Source: an uncultured Legionellales bacterium (GTDB lineage Bacteria > Pseudomonadota > Gammaproteobacteria > CAZGQK01). From it: a DNA stretch of 64,000 nucleotides. Shown here piece after piece: positions 19,137 through 29,087 of this stretch (positions are counted from its first letter, which is position 1; every line of letters begins with the position of its first letter). The position numbers were made by a program, and so were the translations under genes. The notes beneath the pieces were generated by a model that was given only the letters and a program-made list of their open reading frames with translations, was not told where the DNA came from and did no database searches. The stretch lies in the NCBI GenBank assembly GCA_964527645.1, contig CAZGQK010000002.1, positions 24,022-88,021 on the forward strand, read 5' to 3'.

Positions 19137-19252
19137 ACATGTTTTGTGCCCAGACACGAAGTGAGGGTTTTGAAAACACCGGAATTTACTTTTCGCTAAA
19201 TGAGGATTTTTCAAAACCACCACGACAAAGTATGGGTGCAAAAGAACCTTTT

Positions 19253-20827
19253 CTAAAAGGAATCCGCGCTAGCAAGCGCCCAATCAGACGAATACCACCC
19301 ATGCACCTCATCGCTTAAGAAATTCCCCGCCGCAACATAATGAAAAATATCACGATAACTGCGCGCATCCGCTTCATCCCAGCGCAATAAAATCATCTCT
19401 GGCGTTAATTTGTCAGGATCATCACAACCCATGGCGCCACACATGTCGAGAAAACTTTCAATCGTAGCACGATGGTAATTAACCACGTGCACGGCTTTAT
19501 CTTTTATCACTAGCGCCCGGTTACGCTTGGGATCTAACGTGGTCACTCCGGTAGGACAACGATTGGTATGGCAACGCAACGCTTGAATACAACCAATAGA
19601 AAACAACATAGCACGCGCAATATTACAGGTATCTGCACCAAGCGCCAGTTTCATGACAACATCAAAACCTGAGGCAACTTTGCCGCTGGAAATTATACGA
19701 ATTTGATCGCGTAAATTAATACCTACTAAACAATTGTGCACGAAAGCCAGCCCTTCATTGATAGGCATACCAAAGCGATTGGTGTATTCCAAAGGTGCCG
19801 CACCCGTTCCCCCTTCTGCACCATCAACGGTAATAAAATCAGGTAAAATACCGGTTTCTAACATGGCCTTACAAATACTCATAAATTCACTTTTTATTCC
19901 CACACATATTTTAAAACCAATGGGCAAGCCACCAGATAAATCACGCAACTTTTGCAAAAATTCTAATAAACCGCGTGGCGTGGAAAATTCTGCATGTGTC
20001 GGTGGCGATAAACAATCTTTACCCATTTCGATACCACGAATATGCGCAATTTCTTCGGTAATCTTTTCTTTCGGCAACAGTCCACCGTGAGAAGGCTTAG
20101 CACCTTGCGAGAGTTTTATCTCTACCATTTTGACTTGTGGGTACTGTATTTTTTTAACAAACTCCTCTTCACTAAAACGACCATTCGCTTGCCGACAACC
20201 AAAATAAGCGGTGCCCAGCTGCATAATAATATCACCACCTTCACGTAGATGGTGGTTAGTCAACCCGCCCTCTCCAGTATTATGCGCAAAATTGCCAAGT
20301 TTAGCACCACGATTCAAGGCACGCACAGCATGGGCACCCAGCGCACCATAACTCATCGCTGAAACATTAATGCGTGAGGCTGAATAAGGCTTTTTACATT
20401 GTTTACCCCCAAAAATAATGCGTGCTTTTTCTGGATTTACCTTTTTAACCGCCAGCGAATGCATAGCAAATTCATAACCAAAATCCATAATATCGTGCTC
20501 AGTACCAAATGGATGCGCCGCGTCAGCATTGATGGCACGACGATAAACCAAGTCCCGCACCTCGCGATCGTAGGGCCTACCGCTTAAATTACCCGCCACA
20601 AAATACTGTTGAATTTCAGGACGAATAAATTCAGATAAATAACGCAAATGGCCTAAAACCGGATAGTTTCGCAAAACATTGCGATGAGAAAAGACATCGT
20701 AAACACCAATAAAAATAAGCGGAAAAATGACATATAAAGCATATATGGCATGCGGTTTATGTGGATAAATTAACGCCACTAAAATTAAACTCAATACCGA
20801 TAATAAATAAAATGCTCGCCTGACCAT
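19253..20827 (-). CDS. FMN-binding glutamate synthase family protein (GltB domain-2-like) with N-terminal membrane anchor
   Basis: Two N-terminal TM segments, then KLSQGAKPSHGGLLPKEKIT..IA..RG...SPP.H and ITVDGAEGGTGAAP motifs typical of this family. Confidence 0.85.
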   Translation of the reverse strand: MVRRAFYLLSVLSLILVALIYPHKPHAIYALYVIFPLIFIGVYDVFSHRNVLRNYPVLGHLRYLSEFIRPEIQQYFVAGNLSGRPYDREVRDLVYRRAINADAAHPFGTEHDIMDFGYEFAMHSLAVKKVNPEKARIIFGGKQCKKPYSASRINVSAMSYGALGAHAVRALNRGAKLGNFAHNTGEGGLTNHHLREGGDIIMQLGTAYFGCRQANGRFSEEEFVKKIQYPQVKMVEIKLSQGAKPSHGGLLPKEKITEEIAHIRGIEMGKDCLSPPTHAEFSTPRGLLEFLQKLRDLSGGLPIGFKICVGIKSEFMSICKAMLETGILPDFITVDGAEGGTGAAPLEYTNRFGMPINEGLAFVHNCLVGINLRDQIRIISSGKVASGFDVVMKLALGADTCNIARAMLFSIGCIQALRCHTNRCPTGVTTLDPKRNRALVIKDKAVHVVNYHRATIESFLDMCGAMGCDDPDKLTPEMILLRWDEADARSYRDIFHYVAAGNFLSDEVHGWYSSDWALASADSF

Positions 20828-20860
20828 ACCAATCTCCTGTTAAAATATTATTAGCCAATG

Positions 20861-23800
20861 CTAATATTGCAACTTTACCGCACCCACTCCACACAGATCA
20901 CTTAACCTTTTCAGCAATTCTTGCTTGGGATCCACCCGCCATTGCTTACCCAGTTCTAGGCGCGCACTGGCATAATCAGCGACAAAATCAATGGCAATTG
21001 GACAACTTCCACCACAAAAATCTTTGATCAAGTTAGGCAGCTCGTCAAGCAAGCCATTGAGCTTTTCCGAACATTCTAGCTTAATTAATACACATTTACC
21101 AAGCTTGCCACGCGCCACGTCAATGGCAACAAGATCCTCCGCTACTAACTTCATCCCGCCTGTGTATTTATCTTGACCCAACTCACCTTTAACCATAATC
21201 ACAGCATCCTTGACTAATATCTCATCACTTTTTGCCAATAACTCGCTAAAAACCGTGATATCTACCTTGCTGCTTAGATCTTCCAAAGACAAAATAGCCA
21301 TTTTTTTGCCTTTTTTAGTTATTAATGTGCGCACAGAAGACACCAAACCACATACTACCGCTGTCTTTTTTTGCAACATAGGTAATTCGGCCAAAGAACA
21401 AGTTGATAGCTGCGCTATTTCCTCAGCATAAGCCGCCAACGGATGCCCCGATATATAATAACCCAACGATTCCCGCTCACCTTGCAAACGCGTCAAATCA
21501 TCCCATTTCTTAACATGAATATAAGGCAAATCCTGCTCAGCCTGTTCTGGCAACTGCTCACCCAAACTGCCGAAAAAATCATGTTGGCCAACGCGATCAT
21601 CACGGTTTTTTTGCTCAGCGTATTGCAGAGCTTTACCCACAGTAGCCATTAAACTGGCACGCTGAATGTTAAAACTGTCCAGTGCACCTGAATAAATTAA
21701 CGCCTCTACCACACGTTTATTCACTTTTTGTGAATCCAAGCGCTGACAAAGATCAAATAAATTTTCGTAAGGGCCATTTGCCCGCCGCTCATCTAAAATA
21801 TTTACAACAGCAGCTTCACCCACCCCTTTAATTGCACCTAAGCCATAAATAATTTCTAATTTTTCATTAACGGTAAAACGATAATCACTGTTATTAATGT
21901 GCGGGGGAATAACCGGTAATTTTAATTGATCACATTCATCGACCATGGACACAATTTTGTCGGTATTATCTAAATCAGAAGACAGCACCGCTGCCATAAA
22001 TTGTGATGGATAATGCACCTTTAGCCAAGCTGTTTGATACGCTATCAGTGCATAAGCCGCTGAATGCGACTTGTTAAAACCATAGCCAGCAAATTTTTCA
22101 ATATGGTCGAATATATGACTCGCTACTTTTCCACTAATCTTACGCTGCTCAGCACCAGCAACAAAAACAGAACGCTGTTTAGCCATTTCCTCTGCTTTTT
22201 TCTTACCCATCGCGCGACGCAACAAATCAGCAGCACCTAATGAATAGTTAGCCAACACCTGGGCAATTTGCATTACTTGCTCTTGATACAAAATAACACC
22301 ATAAGTCGGTTTTAAAATAGTCTCTAAATCTGGATGCGGGTAACTAATTGCCGCACGACCATGCTTACGATTAATAAAGTCATCTACCATTCCTGACTGC
22401 AACGGTCCTGGTCGAAATAGAGCCACCAAGGCTATAATTTCTTCAAAAGTATCTGGCTGTAGGCGCCGGATTAAATCCTTCATGCCGCGTGATTCTAACT
22501 GAAACACTGCGGTGGTGACACAGGCTTTTAATAATTCGAAAGTTTTTACATCATCTAGTGGAATTTTATTAATATCGATAAATTCTTTTCCGGATTTTTC
22601 TAATTTTGTATTAATGGTTTGCAATGCCCAATCAATAATGGTTAAAGTTCGCAGTCCCAAAAAGTCAAATTTAACCAAGCCAACCGCTTCGACATCGTCT
22701 TTATCAAACTGAGAAACAATCGAACCGCCATCTTCTTCACAATATAATGGGGTAAAATCAGTTAATTTTGTCGGTGCAATCACAATACCACCGGCATGTT
22801 TGCCAGCATTGCGCACGATGCCTTCCAATCTTTTCGCCAAATCAATCAACGTCGTTACTTCTTCTTCTTGCTCATAACGCTCACGCAAAGTGTCTTCTTC
22901 TTTCAGCGCACGATCCAAAGTCATCCCTAAATCAAAAGGAATTAATTTCGCTATTTTATCCACAAAGCCATAGCCATTTCCTAACACGCGCCCAACATCA
23001 CGCACCACCGCTTTGGCTGCCATAGTACCATAAGTAATAATTTGCGAAACACTTTCCTGGCCGTATTTTTTCGCAACATAATCAATCACCAGATCACGAC
23101 GCTCCATGCAAAAGTCAACATCAAAATCAGGCATAGACACACGTTCTGAATTGAGAAAACGCTCAAACAATAGCTCGTATTTTAAAGGATCTAACTCAGT
23201 AATGCCCAATGAATAAGCCACCAATGACCCGGCACCTGAACCACGACCTGGCCCTACAGGTATTTTTTGCTCTTTTGCCCAATTAATAAAATCAGCCACA
23301 ATTAAAAAATAACCTGAAAACCCCATTTGATTAATTATTTCAACTTCTTTTATGAGACGTTCATAATAATCAGGATGATTGGACAACTGATCTATACTCA
23401 CTGACAAGCGCTGAGACAAACCTAAACAGGCCTGCTGTTGTAAATATTTCTCACGCGTTACAGTGTCTGGCACAGGAAATTTGGGTAAGAAATTTTCATT
23501 TAAAGTTAACTGAACATTGCAACGCTTAGCAATCTCCGCTGTATTTCTCAAGGCTTCAGGAATGTCAGAAAATAATTCTTGCATTTCTGCTGCTGTTTTA
23601 AAATACTGCTCAGCAGAATAATTGCGCTGACGCTGCGTATTGTTAAGCAAATTTCCCTCCTGAATACAAACACGCGCATCATGAGCTTCAAAATCATCTT
23701 GCTGTAAAAAATTTACCTCGTTGGTAGCAACCACCGGCACCTGATATTGATGCGCCAGTTTGATCACCTGCTGCAAATATTCACTTTCTTGTACGCGCCC

Positions 23801-24316
23801 AGTACGTTGCAATTCCAAATAGAAACGATCGCCAAAAATCCCCAGCCAATGCTGCAACTTTTCCCGCGCTGCTTCGTGTTTATCACTCAATAATAATTGG
23901 CCAATGTCACCTGCCCGAGCACCCGAGAGAACAATTAAACCGGCATGCATTTCATCTAACCAAGCACGCAGAATAACCGGGCGACCATTTTTTTGCCCTT
24001 CCAAATAGGCCTTTGACAACAAGCAAGTTAAATTTCGATAGCCTGCATTATTTATACATAACAAAGTTACATGAAAATATTTTTTTGCAGCAAGATCCTT
24101 CGCCAAACAAACATCTGCTCCGATAATTGGCTTAATACCACGACTAATCGCTTTACGATAGAATTTTACCAAGGCAAATAAATTCATATCATCGGTTATT
24201 GCTAGCGCGGGCATCTTTTGCTCGCTCGCCTTATCCAGCAAAGCATTTAAACGCACAATTCCATGACTAATGGAATATTCACTATTAATGCGCAGATGAA
24301 TAAATTTTTCCGACAT
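20861..24316 (-). CDS. dnaE: DNA polymerase III alpha subunit
   Basis: 1151 aa. PHP N-terminus (FIHLRINSEYS), polymerase core (GFSGYFLIVADFI, PDFDVDF), OB-fold C-terminus. Confidence 0.97.
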   Translation of the reverse strand: MSEKFIHLRINSEYSISHGIVRLNALLDKASEQKMPALAITDDMNLFALVKFYRKAISRGIKPIIGADVCLAKDLAAKKYFHVTLLCINNAGYRNLTCLLSKAYLEGQKNGRPVILRAWLDEMHAGLIVLSGARAGDIGQLLLSDKHEAAREKLQHWLGIFGDRFYLELQRTGRVQESEYLQQVIKLAHQYQVPVVATNEVNFLQQDDFEAHDARVCIQEGNLLNNTQRQRNYSAEQYFKTAAEMQELFSDIPEALRNTAEIAKRCNVQLTLNENFLPKFPVPDTVTREKYLQQQACLGLSQRLSVSIDQLSNHPDYYERLIKEVEIINQMGFSGYFLIVADFINWAKEQKIPVGPGRGSGAGSLVAYSLGITELDPLKYELLFERFLNSERVSMPDFDVDFCMERRDLVIDYVAKKYGQESVSQIITYGTMAAKAVVRDVGRVLGNGYGFVDKIAKLIPFDLGMTLDRALKEEDTLRERYEQEEEVTTLIDLAKRLEGIVRNAGKHAGGIVIAPTKLTDFTPLYCEEDGGSIVSQFDKDDVEAVGLVKFDFLGLRTLTIIDWALQTINTKLEKSGKEFIDINKIPLDDVKTFELLKACVTTAVFQLESRGMKDLIRRLQPDTFEEIIALVALFRPGPLQSGMVDDFINRKHGRAAISYPHPDLETILKPTYGVILYQEQVMQIAQVLANYSLGAADLLRRAMGKKKAEEMAKQRSVFVAGAEQRKISGKVASHIFDHIEKFAGYGFNKSHSAAYALIAYQTAWLKVHYPSQFMAAVLSSDLDNTDKIVSMVDECDQLKLPVIPPHINNSDYRFTVNEKLEIIYGLGAIKGVGEAAVVNILDERRANGPYENLFDLCQRLDSQKVNKRVVEALIYSGALDSFNIQRASLMATVGKALQYAEQKNRDDRVGQHDFFGSLGEQLPEQAEQDLPYIHVKKWDDLTRLQGERESLGYYISGHPLAAYAEEIAQLSTCSLAELPMLQKKTAVVCGLVSSVRTLITKKGKKMAILSLEDLSSKVDITVFSELLAKSDEILVKDAVIMVKGELGQDKYTGGMKLVAEDLVAIDVARGKLGKCVLIKLECSEKLNGLLDELPNLIKDFCGGSCPIAIDFVADYASARLELGKQWRVDPKQELLKRLSDLCGVGAVKLQY

Positions 24317-24319
24317 AAA

Positions 24320-25426
24320 TTACGACTCACTCCATTTTCTATCCAATTGCCGCTGCTGTTGATGATGCAAAATAGCAAAGCGCAATAGCTTATCAATCAG
24401 TTCCGTTTCATCAACTCCCGCCTGCTGCCACAATTTAGGATACATACTAATATTAGTAAATCCGGGGATGGTGTTTAATTCATTAACCACGACCTCACCA
24501 TTTTCTGTTAGAAAAAAATCAACGCGCGCCATACCCAAGCATCCGAGAGTTTTATAGGATTTTATCGCTATATTTTGTATCTCTTTAACTATCTCTTCTG
24601 GTAAATTTGCTGGAATAACAATTTCGGCACCTTGTGGATCCAGATATTTAGCTGCATAGCTGTAGAATTCGTGTTTTACTTTTAATTCACCAATGCCAGA
24701 CGCACAGGGATTTTCATTACCCAACACCGCACACTCCAACTCACGCCCTACAATAGCTTGTTCTAACAGCACACAGTCATCATAACTAAAAGCCAATGAC
24801 AAGGCTGCATCATACTCAGATGGATTATGAACTTTCGATACACCTACTGACGATCCACAAGCATTCGGCTTAACAAAAAAAGGCAGGCCTAAATATTTCT
24901 CTATTTCTGCAAAATTATGCGCATGATTTTCTTGTTGATAAAGCGCCAACCATTTAGCCACAGAAATATTATTTTTCTCTAACAATTGCTTAGCATACAC
25001 TTTTGACATGCACAAAGCAGAGCTCAGAACATTGGCGCCAACACAGGGCAAATCCAACATCGCTAATAACCCTTGCACTGCACCATCCTCACCCAATGTA
25101 CCATGCAACAGCGGAAATACCACATCGACACAAAAGGGCGAACTTAGCTCAGCCAATGGCATTAACATACCATCACTTGCTCCCGGCACTAAAGCTAGAG
25201 GGATAGAAGCAAGTTTGCTCAACGCCAAAGGTTTGTTGGGTTGTGCCGCTAATAAATCAGCGCCATCTTGTAGTTGATGCCAACGGCCCTGCGTGTCAAT
25301 ATAAATAAGAAAAAGTTCATGGCTGGTTTTTTGCAACGCAGCAACGACATTTTTTGCTGAAACTATAGAAATTTCATGTTCTACCGATTGGCCACCAAAT
25401 AAAATAGCCACCTTTAACCTTTGCAT
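24320..25426 (-). CDS. ddl: D-alanine--D-alanine ligase
   Basis: KVAILFGGQSVEHEISIVSA N-terminus and an ATP-grasp body (FFVKPNACGSSVG, VNELNTIPGFT). Start moved to MQRLKV (25426), downstream of the rnhB stop. Confidence 0.93.
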   Translation of the reverse strand: MQRLKVAILFGGQSVEHEISIVSAKNVVAALQKTSHELFLIYIDTQGRWHQLQDGADLLAAQPNKPLALSKLASIPLALVPGASDGMLMPLAELSSPFCVDVVFPLLHGTLGEDGAVQGLLAMLDLPCVGANVLSSALCMSKVYAKQLLEKNNISVAKWLALYQQENHAHNFAEIEKYLGLPFFVKPNACGSSVGVSKVHNPSEYDAALSLAFSYDDCVLLEQAIVGRELECAVLGNENPCASGIGELKVKHEFYSYAAKYLDPQGAEIVIPANLPEEIVKEIQNIAIKSYKTLGCLGMARVDFFLTENGEVVVNELNTIPGFTNISMYPKLWQQAGVDETELIDKLLRFAILHHQQQRQLDRKWSES

Positions 25427-25437
25427 ATTTTCTCCCA

Positions 25438-26049
25438 CTAAACCTTCTCTAGCAAACATTTTTTCACGGGGCCAAAAGAACGACGATGAATTGCACTAAC
25501 GCCTAATTCTTGCAATGCTGCCACATGCATTTTTGTCGGATAACCTTTGTGCTTGGCAAAACCATAACCGGGGTAGCGCTGATCATAATGCACCATCTCT
25601 GCATCACGCACCACTTTGGCAATAATCGATGCCGCACTGATTGCCGGCACCTTTTGATCACCCTTAATGATGGCGCGCACCTTACCAGGCACCTTTGGAC
25701 AACGATTGCCATCCACCCAAGTTTCTTCTGGCAACACTGTCAAACCCAAAACAGCTCTCCTCATCGCTAACAAACTGGCCTGCAGAATGTTGATTCGATC
25801 GATTTCCTCAACCTCTGCCCGGCCAAGCGCATAACAAACGCAATGCTCAAGAATCTCGCCATAAAGCCTTTCCCGGCGTGCCGCAGACAGCAACTTAGAG
25901 TCCGCTAAACCGAGGATTGGATGCTCAGGATCCAAAATCACCGCCGCCGCAACAACCGCTCCAGCCAAGGGCCCGCGCCCCACTTCGTCCACTCCAGCGA
26001 GCAATGAGGGCTCGTCGAGACAATCATCCGTAATCTTCTTATGTGACAT
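25438..26049 (-). CDS. rnhB: ribonuclease HII
   Basis: [20 protein letters not shown] catalytic N-terminus. Start moved to MSHKKI (26049); the longer track ORF adds an implausible hydrophobic extension. Confidence 0.93.
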   Translation of the reverse strand: MSHKKITDDCLDEPSLLAGVDEVGRGPLAGAVVAAAVILDPEHPILGLADSKLLSAARRERLYGEILEHCVCYALGRAEVEEIDRINILQASLLAMRRAVLGLTVLPEETWVDGNRCPKVPGKVRAIIKGDQKVPAISAASIIAKVVRDAEMVHYDQRYPGYGFAKHKGYPTKMHVAALQELGVSAIHRRSFGPVKKCLLEKV

Positions 26050-26144
26050 CCAAGTTTTCCAAACAACAACCCAAAGAGACACTACTATAGCATTGCTTCT
26101 TAAAAAAAAAAGTGCCAATATGGGCACTGTTGAAAACACAGCTC

Positions 26145-27188
26145 ATGGAGCACAGTCAACTGAAAAACGTCGTCAAAATACCAAGATCTCATACGCACCA
26201 AATATGTACAGCCGTGGTCGGTGTTGGCTATTTGGGACATTATCATGCGCAAAAATTTGCCACCCTTAAGAAACTGAGCAAACTGGTTGGCGTGTGTGAC
26301 ATAGACGAAGAAAGATGCCAGGAAATGGCACAAAAGTATCAAATCAAAGCATTCAGTAACTATCGTCACCTGATCGGCAAAATTGATGCTGTCAGCATTG
26401 CCACGCCCACACCACAACACTACGAAATTGCCAAATTTTTCTTAGAAAACGGTGTGCATGTCTTAGTCGAAAAACCCATTACTACCACACTGAAAGAAGC
26501 CGACGAATTAATCAAAATTGCTCGCAAAAATAAACTGATCCTACAAGTGGGTCACCTTGAACGCTTCAACAATGTCATTAAAGCACTACGAACAAAATTG
26601 ACCCACCCGCTATTTTTTGAATCCGAGCGTCTTGCCCCCTTTAAGTTAAGAGGCAGCGATGTCAATGTTGTGCTTGACTTAATGATCCATGATATTGACA
26701 TTATTCAATCTTTGGTCTCAGCAAAAATAAAAAATATTTCAGCCAACGGCGTCTCAGTTTTATCCCCGTTTATCGATATCGCCAATGCGCGCATTGAATT
26801 TGAAAATGGCTGCGTTGCCAATGTAAAAGCTTCTCGTGTCAGCTTAAAAGTAGAAAGAAAACTACGCATTTTTCAACACGATGGTTATTTTTCTCTAGAT
26901 TTAGAAAATAAAACACTAGCCGCTCATCGCAAAGGCAGAAAAGAAATGTTTCCTGGTATACCCGAAATTGTTCACACGGAACAAAACTACGAAAAAGGCG
27001 ATGCCCTATTAGAGCAAATTATCGCTTTTCTCCATTGCATCATTGACAACAAACCACCCATTGTCAGCGGTGAAGATGGTCGCAATGCCCTGGCAGTTGC
27101 CACACAAATCAGCCAGATTGTCCGTGAAAATAATAAAATAGCCTACTCACAAAAATCGACAGATAAAATATATGTCGAGACCAAATAG
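26145..27188 (+). CDS. Gfo/Idh/MocA family NAD-dependent oxidoreductase (GnnA-like position, coupled to lpxB)
   Basis: Rossmann N-terminus AVVGVGYLGHYH and the EKP motif (VLVEKPIT). Its 3' end overlaps the lpxB start by 17 nt. Confidence 0.8.
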   Translation: MEHSQLKNVVKIPRSHTHQICTAVVGVGYLGHYHAQKFATLKKLSKLVGVCDIDEERCQEMAQKYQIKAFSNYRHLIGKIDAVSIATPTPQHYEIAKFFLENGVHVLVEKPITTTLKEADELIKIARKNKLILQVGHLERFNNVIKALRTKLTHPLFFESERLAPFKLRGSDVNVVLDLMIHDIDIIQSLVSAKIKNISANGVSVLSPFIDIANARIEFENGCVANVKASRVSLKVERKLRIFQHDGYFSLDLENKTLAAHRKGRKEMFPGIPEIVHTEQNYEKGDALLEQIIAFLHCIIDNKPPIVSGEDGRNALAVATQISQIVRENNKIAYSQKSTDKIYVETK

Positions 27189-28326
27189 TAATACAATCTT
27201 AATTATTAGCGGTGAGGTTTCAGGCGACAATTTGGGCGCCGACCTGGCTTTACACCTGCAAACTGCTCTGCCTAATACGCGATTAGTCGGTGTCGGTGCC
27301 AACAAAATGCAACAAGCCGGCGTTGAAATTCTAATTAACTCAGAGCCTCTCGCCGTCGTTGGCTTTACTGAAATCTTCGGCCACCTGGGCACTATTATTG
27401 CTGCTTTTAACAAGATAAAAAGATTTTTAAAAAAAGAAAAGCCCAAGCTGGTCATTCTCATTGATTATCCTGGTTTTAATTTACGCGTAGCTAAAATGGC
27501 ACATCGATTGGGTATTAAAGTCCTTTATTATGTCAGCCCACAATTATGGGCCTGGCGCTCTGGCCGCATTAAAACAATCCAAGAAAATGTTGACCATATG
27601 GTAGTCTTGTTTCCATTTGAAGAGACACTCTATCAAAAGGCCCAAGTACCGGTTACCTTTATTGGACATCCATTAAGCAAGGCGATAAAAGTTGAGCAGG
27701 ATAAGGCGAGTATTTGCCAGGAGTTTCATTTAAATGCAGAACAACCGATCATCGGCTTACTACCAGGTTCACGTAGCAAGGAAATTAAGCATCTGCTACC
27801 CATTATCATCAATACTGCCAATCTACTTCATAAAAAAATACCCCATGCGCAATTTGTGTTACCCATCGCCGATGGTGTCGATAAAGCAGCGCTACAACAA
27901 GCATTGCCCGACTATATCTGCACCACCGAACAACGCAATTACGCTAGCATCTCAATTTGTGATGCCATCATTGCTTGCTCTGGCACGGCAACCTTAGAAA
28001 TTGCTTTATTAGAGATTCCATTGGTGGTTATCTATAAAATTTCAAGTTTAAGTTATTGGATTATTCGTCAGTTAATTAAAGTGCCTTACATTTCTCTGTG
28101 TAATATTGTTGCAGGCGAAAAAATAGCGCAAGAGTTTATACAACAACAAGCCACTCCTGAAAACATAGCTACTGAGATTTTAAAATTATTAAATGATCCA
28201 AACTATCGACAAGCAACACTTAGCAAATTACAAAACGTTAAACACGCACTGGCCGATGGCCCAGGCCCGCAACAAGTGGCACAAATTGCCAGAGGCTTGC
28301 TGGATGCCGCATCAAGCCTAATATGA
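27172..28326 (+). CDS. lpxB: lipid-A-disaccharide synthase
   Basis: ISGEVSGDNLGA N-terminus, DYPGFNL, YYVSPQLWAWR, LLPGSR; colinear with LpxB. Confidence 0.93.
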   Translation: MSRPNSNTILIISGEVSGDNLGADLALHLQTALPNTRLVGVGANKMQQAGVEILINSEPLAVVGFTEIFGHLGTIIAAFNKIKRFLKKEKPKLVILIDYPGFNLRVAKMAHRLGIKVLYYVSPQLWAWRSGRIKTIQENVDHMVVLFPFEETLYQKAQVPVTFIGHPLSKAIKVEQDKASICQEFHLNAEQPIIGLLPGSRSKEIKHLLPIIINTANLLHKKIPHAQFVLPIADGVDKAALQQALPDYICTTEQRNYASISICDAIIACSGTATLEIALLEIPLVVIYKISSLSYWIIRQLIKVPYISLCNIVAGEKIAQEFIQQQATPENIATEILKLLNDPNYRQATLSKLQNVKHALADGPGPQQVAQIARGLLDAASSLI

Positions 28327-28487
28327 AGGAATGAAACACAGACGCTCCAGAAATTATAAAAAACTATTTTAATTTTCCTAGGTATGTCCCAAAATTTCTT
28401 GCCTGCTGGTTTTGTTACGTAGGAAATTTAAACTTCAACCGGCGTATATCACCTGTGCAAGAAGCCCGCACTCACTGCGAAAAAAAA

Positions 28488-29078
28488 TTACGAGCTCGCC
28501 ACCTGCGGACGCCGCCAGATAAGATAGCCCATGACAATTGCATACACACTCAATAAGCCCAGCCCTACTTGCGGAAAACCAAACACGGCCGGCGCAAAAA
28601 CAGTCATGCGATTGGTGGCAATTTTAACCGGGATATTACGCAGCAAATGCGCGGCAAAAACAATAAGATACAATCCAAGACCGAGCAACCAATAAAATTG
28701 GCCTAACCAAATTGTTAGAACAATAAACATCATGATCATTAATAAAGTATCTGAAAAATAATCCAACTGCGCACCAAAAACGGTGACACGGCTATCGTGT
28801 CGCGCCAAAGCACCATCAATGCCGTCAAACACGGTACTCACACACATTAACACAACAAAACCCCAATAACTGTAAAACAACACCCACAGGCCAAGCAGAC
28901 CAAAAGCAAAACCAACCAGTGTCACTGTTACTGGGAAAATATCAAAACGCACAAACAGTTTAATTATCGGCAGAAATAAAGCATCTTTCAGCTGACGAAT
29001 CCGCTTTAATAGAGGACTATTGTATTGTAATAATTGAAAAAGCCACTGCATAAAAATCTTCTTCCCACAAAAGCACAA
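28488..29078 (-). CDS. CDP-alcohol phosphatidyltransferase family protein
   Basis: Signature DG-x2-AR-x8-G-x3-D-x3-D is present (FDGIDGALARHDSRVTVFGAQLDYFSD) in a ~6-TM protein. It is the last gene of the lpxD-fabZ-lpxA transcription unit. An alternative start lies at 29051. Confidence 0.8.
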   Translation of the reverse strand: MCFCGKKIFMQWLFQLLQYNSPLLKRIRQLKDALFLPIIKLFVRFDIFPVTVTLVGFAFGLLGLWVLFYSYWGFVVLMCVSTVFDGIDGALARHDSRVTVFGAQLDYFSDTLLMIMMFIVLTIWLGQFYWLLGLGLYLIVFAAHLLRNIPVKIATNRMTVFAPAVFGFPQVGLGLLSVYAIVMGYLIWRRPQVASS

Positions 29079-29087
29079 TACATCTGC

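Noticed and set aside
26050-26139. Long N-terminal extensions in the track ORFs of rnhB (26050-26139), rpsB (40695-40772), map (40578-40862), folE (56312-56419), ddl, guaB, holD, emrA and the PfkB kinase.
   Set aside because: The extensions overlap neighbouring genes or add non-homologous residues upstream of well-conserved N-termini with their own SD. These are longest-ORF artefacts, and the starts were trimmed accordingly.
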